Shown one piece after another: positions 57,069 through 64,000 of a DNA stretch of 64,000 nt. This DNA is from Fibrobacteria bacterium (GTDB lineage Bacteria; Fibrobacterota; Fibrobacteria; UBA11236), in the NCBI GenBank assembly GCA_041746255.1, contig JBGTHM010000102.1, positions 28,758-92,757 of the forward strand. Direction: 5' to 3'. Both the position numbers and the translations under genes were made by a program. Under the pieces are notes generated by a model. That model was not told the DNA's origin, ran no database searches, and saw only the letters and a program-made list of their open reading frames with translations. Position 1 is the stretch's first letter. Every line of letters starts with the position of its first letter.

Positions 57069-58169
57069 TTAGTTGAAGCTGCGACGTTCGGGAGTTTTCG
57101 TCAGGGGCAATCTGACTTCTTTGCCGCCTTCCAAGGCGGATTGGTAAATGGCCAGGATGATCTCCACCGATTTCCGGCTCTCTTCTCCATTGATGGCCGG
57201 TTCGCGACCCTCTTTGACGGCTCGCGCGGCGTCTTCGAAAACCTTTTTGTGATCCTCGAAATTAATGGCTTTGGGGTCGGCCGCTCCCACGCCCGCGGCC
57301 CCGGCTTGGGCCCCGTATTTCTTAAGCACTTCGGCATCGCCGGGTAGGCTTTGCTTGAAATCCCAAACCGTGAAGGAATTATCCTTCATGAAGATGGAAC
57401 CTTCCGAACCCGAAACATGCACTTCCGCCCCGTGCCCCGTATTGGAGAAACACGCGGTGGAACCCTCGATCACGCCCAGCGCACCGTTCTTGAACTTGAG
57501 AATGGCGACCGCCACGTCCTCCACTTCGATACGTTCGTGAATGGATCGCCTGGCGAAAGCGCACACCGATTCGATTTCTCCGACCAGGTAATACAGTTGG
57601 TCGATGGTATGGATGGACTGGTTCATCAGCGCGCCGCCCCCGTCCATTTTCCAGGTGCCGCGCCAGCCGCCCTGATCGTAATACTCCTGGGTCCGGTACC
57701 ATTTGATATAGGCGTCCGCGACGGTAACCGTGCCGAGTCTGCCGGCATCGATGGCCGCTTTGAATTCCCGCACGGAATCGAAAAAGCGGCGCTGGTGCAC
57801 TCCGGCGAGAATCACTCCGTTTTTCCGGCAGGCGGAAATGATGGCGTCGATGCGTTCCAGAGTGATTTCCAGCGGTTTCTCGCAAATGACATGCTTGCCC
57901 GCCTCGGCGGCCTTTACCGCGGGTTCCATATGCGAGCCGCTGGGGGTGCCGATGGTGACGACGTTGAGGCCGGGATGTTTCAAAAAATCCTCGAAATTGG
58001 AATACGCTTTGACGCCGTATTCATTCGCCAACCGGTCGGCGCTTTCTTGCCTCAAGTCGAAGACGCATTCCAGATGGCCTCCTTCCATGGCCTGAATGGC
58101 CTTGGCATGGAAATGGCCTATCATTCCGCATCCGATGATTCCGAAACCGAGTCCTGACTTGTCCTTCAT
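57069..58169 (-). CDS. Gfo/Idh/MocA-family NAD(P)-dependent oxidoreductase
   Basis: N-terminal Rossmann GFGIIGCGMIGHFHAKA and the EKP motif (VICEKPLEITLERID) typical of the family. Confidence 0.85.
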   Translation of the reverse strand: MKDKSGLGFGIIGCGMIGHFHAKAIQAMEGGHLECVFDLRQESADRLANEYGVKAYSNFEDFLKHPGLNVVTIGTPSGSHMEPAVKAAEAGKHVICEKPLEITLERIDAIISACRKNGVILAGVHQRRFFDSVREFKAAIDAGRLGTVTVADAYIKWYRTQEYYDQGGWRGTWKMDGGGALMNQSIHTIDQLYYLVGEIESVCAFARRSIHERIEVEDVAVAILKFKNGALGVIEGSTACFSNTGHGAEVHVSGSEGSIFMKDNSFTVWDFKQSLPGDAEVLKKYGAQAGAAGVGAADPKAINFEDHKKVFEDAARAVKEGREPAINGEESRKSVEIILAIYQSALEGGKEVRLPLTKTPERRSFN

Positions 58170-58246
58170 TTCAATTCCTTTCCAGAATCCTTAAAGTATG
58201 TGCCACCGTATTCGCCCCGTGGCTTGAATAAATCCATCCTAAAGGA

Positions 58247-59551
58247 TCAACCCAGAGGCTTGGCAGGCGAGGCAAAAGCTTTTTTCCGGGCTTCCACCAG
58301 CAAGGTATACTTCGATACGATGTTGGCTCGTAACTCGGAAGGCTCGGATCCGGTGGCCAGCATGTCCAAAAATGCGCTTCTGGCTTCGCCGAAATGCTGC
58401 TCGTGAGTTGTGCGCAGCGCCTGTGGCACGTTGATGAGAAACTTATCACCTTCCCGTTCCAAGGACAATCCCGGATATTTCTCCGCATGTTTTTCCAAGG
58501 CAGCCCGGATGGGCACCTCCAGCGCCTGTGAGTCGCCGTGAGGGGCAATCAGAAATTCAGACAGGTATTTGCGCTCCGCCAATTGCCGTACTTCCAGGTT
58601 GGAGCGCGTGCCGCGTATGAGGGATCGATGCGTGTCGCCGGCTCCCGCAGGCGGCTCCAGATTCCAAATCACTTTCAGGTGGACGGGGACGCCGCGCACC
58701 TGGTACAGGATTTCGCCATTGCAGAAAAGGTCGAGGATTCCATTCCGCACGGAATCTTTTACTCCGGCGGGAAAATCGGAATGCTGGGTGATTTTCGAAA
58801 ACTTTTCCAAGGGCACCTGGGTGGCCCAGCGACGGGCTTCCATGATTTGGATATCGCGGGCGAAGTCGATGCTTTCACCGGGAAAGGCCATCCAATGCGT
58901 CATATCCACCAGATGGGTAGTAACGTCTACGATACCCTCGCCCTGGACCTTCACGTCGAAATACCAAGGCGGCCTTTTAAGCGGCTTGCCGTTGACCACT
59001 TTATACAGATGATGTACGGACTCCTTGAAAATGGCGGGCGCGCCTGAGTCCACCATGAATTCACCGAAGATATCGGGTTCCGCCAAAAACATCTTTTGCA
59101 GGATGGTGGTTATTTCGAAGCGTTCGGTCATGATGTCCAGGGTGAGCGGACGCTCCTTTTCCATGGCCCGACGAAGCGACTCCAACCCTACTTCGTCGGT
59201 AACCCAGGGCTTATCCGCGAAAATGCGGTAGCCGGCCCGGTTCAGCTTTTCGATGTTGGCTATCTTGGCGTCGTTCTTGCCCGCCAGGATGGCGATGCCT
59301 CCTCGGCCCTCGCGCAGCAGGGCTTCCAGGGAATCTTCGCCGGTATGGACTTTAAGATTCCATTGCGTAGGCTCGTTTTGGCGGGCGTTGAAATCCTTGA
59401 GAAATTGGACGAAGGACTGCAACTCCTCGCCCTCGGGAGCGAATACATGCACCTCATCCGATAGGGACGGATGCGATTCCCGCAGGCTCAAAGCCGCATG
59501 GAAATGCCCGGGATTCAAAACGGAGACGGGGTATTTTTGCATGGTAGACAC
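58247..59551 (-). CDS. Putative oxidoreductase, divergent Gfo/Idh/MocA-like
   Basis: 434 aa. The N-terminus VSVLNPGHFHAALSL and overall length resemble the putative-oxidoreductase C-terminal domain proteins that accompany Gfo/Idh/MocA genes in sugar catabolic loci. The assignment is weak. Confidence 0.35.
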   Translation of the reverse strand: MSTMQKYPVSVLNPGHFHAALSLRESHPSLSDEVHVFAPEGEELQSFVQFLKDFNARQNEPTQWNLKVHTGEDSLEALLREGRGGIAILAGKNDAKIANIEKLNRAGYRIFADKPWVTDEVGLESLRRAMEKERPLTLDIMTERFEITTILQKMFLAEPDIFGEFMVDSGAPAIFKESVHHLYKVVNGKPLKRPPWYFDVKVQGEGIVDVTTHLVDMTHWMAFPGESIDFARDIQIMEARRWATQVPLEKFSKITQHSDFPAGVKDSVRNGILDLFCNGEILYQVRGVPVHLKVIWNLEPPAGAGDTHRSLIRGTRSNLEVRQLAERKYLSEFLIAPHGDSQALEVPIRAALEKHAEKYPGLSLEREGDKFLINVPQALRTTHEQHFGEARSAFLDMLATGSEPSELRANIVSKYTLLVEARKKAFASPAKPLG

Positions 59552-60649
59552 TTAGCGTTGCACGCGCGCGCTGCCGCCCTTGGCCAGTTTTTCCACTTCG
59601 GCCAGCGAGGCCATGGAAGTGTCGCCAGGCGTGGTCATGGCCAAAGCTCCGTGAGCGGCGCCGTATTCGACCGCCTGCAGCACGTCGCCTTTTTCCAGCA
59701 AACCGTAGATGAGGCCGGAAGCGAAACTGTCGCCGCCTCCCACGCGGTCGTAGATCTCCAGGGATTCACGATGGGTGGCGACGTGGAATTTGCCCTCGGC
59801 CCAGGCGATGGCGCCCCAGTCGTTATTGCTCGCCGATTTCACGCCGCGCAGGGTGGTGGCGATGACTTTGAAGTTGGGGAAGTCTTTGATGACCTTTTCG
59901 ATCATCCGTTTGAAGTTACCGACGTCGAGGGAACTGAGGTTTTCGTCGACACCCTCGACTTCAAAGCCGAGCGAGGCGGTGAAGTCCTCTTCATTACCGA
60001 TCATCACGTCGACGTATTGCGCCAGGGAACGGTTCACCTTACGGGCCTGTTCCAGTCCGCCGAAGTTCTTCCAAAGGCTGGGACGGTAATTGAGGTCATA
60101 AGAGATGATGGTGCCGTGTTTTTTGGCGGCTTTCATCGCCTCTTCAATCACTTCCGGCGTCGTTTCCGAAAGGGCCGCGTAAATTCCACCGGTGTGGAAC
60201 CAGCGTACGCCCCGAGAGAAAATGCCTTCCCAATCGATATCGCCTTTTTTGAGCTGCGAAGCCGCGGTGTGACCTCGGTCCGACACTCCCACCGCGCCAC
60301 GAACGCCATAACCTCTTTCGGTAAAATTCAAACCGTTGCGAACGCTGCGACCGAGGCCGTCATAGGGTGCCCAACGGATATTGGAAGTGTCCACCCCGCC
60401 TTGCAGGATAAAATCCTCCAGCAAGCGGCCTACGTCGTTTTCGGCGAAAGCGGTAACCAGGGTGGTGCGCATGCCGAAGCATTTGCGTAAACCACGGGCC
60501 ACGTTATATTCACCGCCTCCTTCCCATGCTTTGAATTCGCGGGCGGTGCGGATGCGCGAATCGCCCGGATCCAGGCGCAACATGACTTCACCGAGGGAGA
60601 TTTCATCAAATTGGCAGTCGGCTTTATCGCGGATTTTCAAAACGGACAT
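59552..60649 (-). CDS. kdgK: PfkB-family sugar kinase, likely 2-dehydro-3-deoxygluconokinase
   Basis: PfkB signature DRVGGGDSFASGLIYG and the N-terminal GG pair. It lies directly downstream of eda in the same operon. Confidence 0.7.
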   Translation of the reverse strand: MSVLKIRDKADCQFDEISLGEVMLRLDPGDSRIRTAREFKAWEGGGEYNVARGLRKCFGMRTTLVTAFAENDVGRLLEDFILQGGVDTSNIRWAPYDGLGRSVRNGLNFTERGYGVRGAVGVSDRGHTAASQLKKGDIDWEGIFSRGVRWFHTGGIYAALSETTPEVIEEAMKAAKKHGTIISYDLNYRPSLWKNFGGLEQARKVNRSLAQYVDVMIGNEEDFTASLGFEVEGVDENLSSLDVGNFKRMIEKVIKDFPNFKVIATTLRGVKSASNNDWGAIAWAEGKFHVATHRESLEIYDRVGGGDSFASGLIYGLLEKGDVLQAVEYGAAHGALAMTTPGDTSMASLAEVEKLAKGGSARVQR

Positions 60650-60688
60650 GAGATTTTCCTGTTCCTTGTAATGAAGTTTTCGGCCCTT

Positions 60689-61330
60689 TTAGGCCGGTTT
60701 GACCTGTGCAACGGCTTGGCGCGTAAGCCGGGTTATTTCCTCGAATGCGCCGGAATCGATTAAATCGGCCTTGACCATCCAACTCCCGCCGCAGGCGATG
60801 ACCTGCTTCAGCTGCAAATAGGAGGCGATGTTTTCCGGGCCGATGCCTCCGGTGGGAATGAAAGACATCATGCCATAGGGGCCGGAGATGGCCTTCAGGG
60901 TTTTCACGCCGCCATATGCCTCGGCAGGGAAAAATTTAACGGCTCTCAGGCTAAAACTCAAGGCCATTTCGATGTCGGTGGGATTGCATACCCCGGGAAA
61001 AATCGGCATGTCCTTACTCAAGGCATATTCCACCACATTGGGGTTGAATCCGGGGCTTACCAGAAAGGCGGCGCCGGAATCGATTGCCATTTGCGCCTGT
61101 TCGACGGTAAGCACCGTACCGGCTCCCAGCAGCAAGTCGGAGTTTTTCCCCAAAATTGCAATGGCCTTGGCGGCGGCCGGGGTACGGAAGGTGATTTCAG
61201 CGCAGGGCAAGCCGCCCGCTTTGAGGGCATCCGCCAAGGCGCGCGCCTTGGATGCTTCATGGATTTCCACTACGGGTACGATACGTAGCGTGCGGAGTCG
61301 GTCGGTAATTTGCTCGGTTTTGTTTTCCAT
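60689..61330 (-). CDS. eda: KDPG / KHG aldolase (2-dehydro-3-deoxyphosphogluconate aldolase)
   Basis: 213 aa. IVPVV...AEITFRTPAAAKAI...GAGTVLT...GAAFLVSPG, with a Schiff-base lysine region GVKTLKAISGPYG, the typical Eda TIM-barrel pattern. Confidence 0.85.
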   Translation of the reverse strand: MENKTEQITDRLRTLRIVPVVEIHEASKARALADALKAGGLPCAEITFRTPAAAKAIAILGKNSDLLLGAGTVLTVEQAQMAIDSGAAFLVSPGFNPNVVEYALSKDMPIFPGVCNPTDIEMALSFSLRAVKFFPAEAYGGVKTLKAISGPYGMMSFIPTGGIGPENIASYLQLKQVIACGGSWMVKADLIDSGAFEEITRLTRQAVAQVKPA

Positions 61331-61424
61331 AATTCATTTAAAAATGCTTAATTAAAGCAAAGTTGTTGGGAAATAAAACGAATTTGAAGGTAAAAAACGC
61401 TTGCGAAGCTGCGCAAGCCGGGGC

Positions 61425-62207
61425 TTATAGCCGTTGCAGGGTCAGGCCGCCATCCACCGTAAGCACCTGCCCGGTGGCATAAGGTATTTCGCCCCGGGCC
61501 AAAGCCGCCGCCGCGCGACCGATATCGTCGGGCACTCCCCAACGTGGTTCCACCAACAAGCCTTCGGCGATGAGTTTATCATATTTCTCGCCGACTCCGG
61601 CCGTCATGTCGGTTTTGATGACCCCGGGACGGATTTCGTATACGGCAATACCGAATTCGCCCAATCGCGCGGCCCATAACTTGGTCGCCATGGCCACGCC
61701 CGCTTTGGTCAGGCAATAATCCCCACGGTTGACCGAGGCCACGATAGCCGAAACCGAAGAAATATTGATTATGGCGCCGCTAAAGTCGCCGGCCGACTTT
61801 TTCTGCTCCACCATCCAACGCGCCGCGAGTTGCGTCAAAAAATACGGGCCTTGTAAATTGACGCGCATCAGCCGTTCGAAACTCTCTTCGGAGGCTTCCA
61901 AAATGTCGCTGCGTTGCGTGGGGGCCACCCCGGCATTGTTGACCAGGAGATGCAGTGCGCCGAATTGTCCGCGCGTTTCCTCGATGAGCCGTTGGCGCGC
62001 CGCGGCCTCGCTCACATCGGCCTGACAATACTCAGCCTTAACTCCCAAGGCGCGAAGGCTCTCCATCGCCTCTTGTACGGCCTCTAGGGGGCGAATGCCG
62101 GAAATCATGAGGTTGAAGCCGCTACGAGCCAGATGCTGCGAGATTCCCAGGCCTATGCCACGGCCGCCACCGGTGACCAGCGCAACCTTATTCTTGGTGG
62201 TGTTCAC
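61425..62207 (-). CDS. SDR-family oxidoreductase, KduD/DhuD-like candidate (2-dehydro-3-deoxy-D-gluconate 5-dehydrogenase-like)
   Basis: VALVTGGGRGIGLGISQHLARSG, NNAG and the YxxxK region. The GTG start at 62207 sits 1 nt after the GH88 stop. The track's 536-aa ORF is an out-of-frame upstream extension. Confidence 0.72.
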   Translation of the reverse strand: MNTTKNKVALVTGGGRGIGLGISQHLARSGFNLMISGIRPLEAVQEAMESLRALGVKAEYCQADVSEAAARQRLIEETRGQFGALHLLVNNAGVAPTQRSDILEASEESFERLMRVNLQGPYFLTQLAARWMVEQKKSAGDFSGAIINISSVSAIVASVNRGDYCLTKAGVAMATKLWAARLGEFGIAVYEIRPGVIKTDMTAGVGEKYDKLIAEGLLVEPRWGVPDDIGRAAAALARGEIPYATGQVLTVDGGLTLQRL

Positions 62208-62208
62208 G

Positions 62209-63603
62209 TTACTGCTTTTTCTCCGGCTGTGGTCCGAAAAAGGAATAATAGGTTTTCTCTTCGGCCAGGCGCTGGACATACAAAGCAGCCTCACGCATGT
62301 GGTAATCGCCCCACATGCTCGATTCGCCGCGCGGGACCCCTTTGCCGCCGGGAATATGATCCCAGCCATTGGGGCGGTGGTAAACCGAATGGAGCAGCAG
62401 CCCTTGATGGCTGGTGTCGCCGCTAAGATAGGGTTCGTCCAATAGGGTGCGTAATACGGTAAGGCCCGCCTGACGGTATTGGGTAGCGTTCGCCTGACCT
62501 CGACGCCCCAGTTCGACTCCCAGACGGACCAGGCCTTGCGCGCAAATGGCGGCTGCCGAGCTGTCCACCGGCTCGAAGGGATTTTCAGGATCGGCGGGTT
62601 TCTCCAGGTAGCTTTCCAGTTTATGCAGGTTGGGCGCGCCGGTATCCCAATAGGGGACGCCATCCGTCGGGGTTTCGCGAAGGTAAAAGTCCGCGGTAGC
62701 CATTCCTGCTTTAAGCAAAGGCGCTTCGGCCTTTTCACGTCCCCCCGATTCCGCGAATTCGGAATCGGGCAAACTCGCCAGGTATTCCAACTGTTCGGCG
62801 CAGCCAAGCAGAATCCAAGCCAGGCCGCGCGTCCAGGTGGTGAAGGGGGAATAGCCTTGCTGGGAATTGGGGCAGCGGTAGCTGCCGTCGTTGGTATTGA
62901 AAATACTTTCATGGGCCACGCGACCCCGCATATCGTAACTATCGCGGCCTTCGCCATAGTAGACGGCGTATTCGGCGGTGGTGCGGGCATGCTGTAAAAG
63001 GCGGTCCAGCAGCGAGATGCGCCGGTCTTTTTCATCCATCAAGGCATGGCCCAGGGAGTGAGCCAGCGACAGCGCCCGCAGCGAGCGGATGGTGTCGGCG
63101 AAAAGAGAATGCGGGCCATTGAAGGAATAAATGAAACCTTCGCCTTCGCCGATCGGGGTCCAGCGCCTGGCTTGCACGGCGCCCGAGTTCTTCAGGGCCA
63201 GTTCATAAAACGACAGCTCCCAATTATTGGTGGGAATGCGGCCTTCCAGCATCAGCCGGCGGAGATTTCCGTAGGTACTCACATTATTAAATCCGTGATC
63301 ATGGACACCCATGTGCGTAATATGCGGAGCCATCAGCTCCCGGGTTTTGTCGCGGCCGATATCCAGGAAGGATTTTTCGCCGGTGACGTCGAACTGCAGC
63401 AGAGCGGATCCGAACTGAAACCCCTGCGTCCATTCCGTCCAACCGCGCGAAACATAGCGGCCCTCTACGGTGAAAACCGGCGATCCGTCGGAAGGGTTCC
63501 ATTTTTTTTCGATGGCGTCGATTTTGACGGCGGACAATTCCCACATCCGCTTCAAGGCGGGGAGGAGATCATTAGGATTCAAAGAATCATCGATGCGTAT
63601 CAT
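62209..63603 (-). CDS. Glycoside hydrolase family 88 (unsaturated glucuronyl hydrolase, UGL-like)
   Basis: Collinear with Bacillus UGL motifs: GWTEWTQGF, HDHGF, TWTRGLAW, VPYWDT, DSSAAAICAQGL, MWGDYHMREA. Confidence 0.75.
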   Translation of the reverse strand: MIRIDDSLNPNDLLPALKRMWELSAVKIDAIEKKWNPSDGSPVFTVEGRYVSRGWTEWTQGFQFGSALLQFDVTGEKSFLDIGRDKTRELMAPHITHMGVHDHGFNNVSTYGNLRRLMLEGRIPTNNWELSFYELALKNSGAVQARRWTPIGEGEGFIYSFNGPHSLFADTIRSLRALSLAHSLGHALMDEKDRRISLLDRLLQHARTTAEYAVYYGEGRDSYDMRGRVAHESIFNTNDGSYRCPNSQQGYSPFTTWTRGLAWILLGCAEQLEYLASLPDSEFAESGGREKAEAPLLKAGMATADFYLRETPTDGVPYWDTGAPNLHKLESYLEKPADPENPFEPVDSSAAAICAQGLVRLGVELGRRGQANATQYRQAGLTVLRTLLDEPYLSGDTSHQGLLLHSVYHRPNGWDHIPGGKGVPRGESSMWGDYHMREAALYVQRLAEEKTYYSFFGPQPEKKQ

Positions 63604-64000
63604 TCAAACCGCCCTTCCCTTGCGAAGATGGATAATGAGAAGCTTGCAATCGGAAATGGCGCGATAGGTATGTTTCAGCACCGCGTCGAATTGAAGGGCG
63701 TCCCCCTCTTTGAGCACGTGCGACTCGTCGTTCAGCATGATTTCGACGTTTCCCTGCAAGGCCCAGCAGATTTCGATATCGTTATGATGGACCTCGGGTC
63801 GGCTGACGGTTCCGCCGCCCATGGAGGTTCCCACGAAACATTGCAGGTTCATGAAGTTGATATGTTGGAATTGGAAGCTGCCGGAAACGTAATGCTGCGC
63901 GGTCACCAATTGCTTGTGTTTCGATTCCGCGAGGCCGAGCAAATCGGATGCGGCGATCCCGAAGGCCTTGCCGAGCCGATAGATGGTATCCAATTCGGGA
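63604..64000 (-). CDS. XRE-family HTH regulator with a C-terminal cupin sensor domain; 5'-partial because the start lies beyond the window end
   Basis: The visible part begins with the end of an HTH (IYRLGKAFGIAASDLL) and continues with a cupin fold (HHNDIEICWALQGNVEIML...GDALQFDA). The frame stays open to the window edge. Confidence 0.5.
   Translation of the reverse strand, partial: PELDTIYRLGKAFGIAASDLLGLAESKHKQLVTAQHYVSGSFQFQHINFMNLQCFVGTSMGGGTVSRPEVHHNDIEICWALQGNVEIMLNDESHVLKEGDALQFDAVLKHTYRAISDCKLLIIHLRKGRAV

Noticed and set aside
61425-63035. 536-aa minus-strand ORF in the track
   Set aside because: Only the C-terminal 261 aa form a coherent SDR. The N-terminal two-thirds is an out-of-frame read-through overlapping the GH88 gene. 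The SDR most likely starts at the GTG at 62207, immediately after the GH88 stop.

Overview
The window is a 64 kb chromosomal segment from a Gram-negative (diderm) bacterium. By eye it is roughly 55-60% GC; no composition was computed. About 50 protein-coding genes are supported. No rRNA, tRNA or CRISPR array was seen. Coordinates are 1-based on the + strand.

Gene blocks, in order:
- 1-9.5 kb, + strand: accA, a Trm112-like gene, a 900-aa TPR-flanked hyper-acidic repeat protein, accB, pilT inserted between accB and accC, accC, a dapA-family gene and apt.
- 9.6-16 kb, + strand: a five-gene operon of an ECF sigma factor, a membrane anti-sigma factor, a secreted caspase (peptidase C14) protein with about eight 17-aa tandem repeats and a beta-rich C-terminal domain, a secreted protein with two lamin-tail domains and a T9SS-like sorting tail, and a PorP/SprF-like membrane protein. 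This is the best candidate here for an undescribed envelope signalling/proteolysis system.
- 16-20.6 kb, + strand: an HD-GYP protein, a XerC/D-type recombinase and a PAS/GAF/PP2C phosphatase.
- 20.7-24 kb, + strand: two tandem sulfatase paralogs (about 80% identical). The spacer between them holds an approximately 85-bp remnant of the neighbouring MacB-type permease gene.
- 24-35.5 kb: a divergent efflux supercluster. On the - strand, TolC, a periplasmic adaptor, an ABC ATPase and an FtsX-type permease. On the + strand, a CpxRA-like two-component system, an RND pump and a TolC-like OMP with no adaptor gene of their own. The shared divergent promoter region carries GTAAA(C) direct repeats.
- 35.5-40.2 kb, - strand: ppnP, a DUF2156 gene, hisC and priA.
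- 40.3-43.1 kb, + strand: a DUF342/FapA-like protein paired with a second HD-GYP.
- 43.1-47 kb, - strand: a metK-ahcY operon with a terminator, followed by a LacI-family regulator.
- 47-49.2 kb: an AT-richer island with a secreted DUF1080 protein and a degraded IS256-family transposase remnant.
- 49.2-51 kb, - strand: an NRAMP-like transporter.
- 51.2-55.6 kb, + strand: 2-hydroxyacid dehydrogenase, Ldh_2 dehydrogenase, SDR and uxaC.
- 55.7-56.8 kb, - strand: a low-GC lipoprotein.
- 57-64 kb, - strand: an unsaturated-uronate operon of GH88 hydrolase, KduD-like SDR, eda, kdgK and two oxidoreductases, with a partial XRE/cupin regulator at the window edge.

All calls come from reading the supplied translations and sequence. 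No database search, alignment tool or composition statistic was run.
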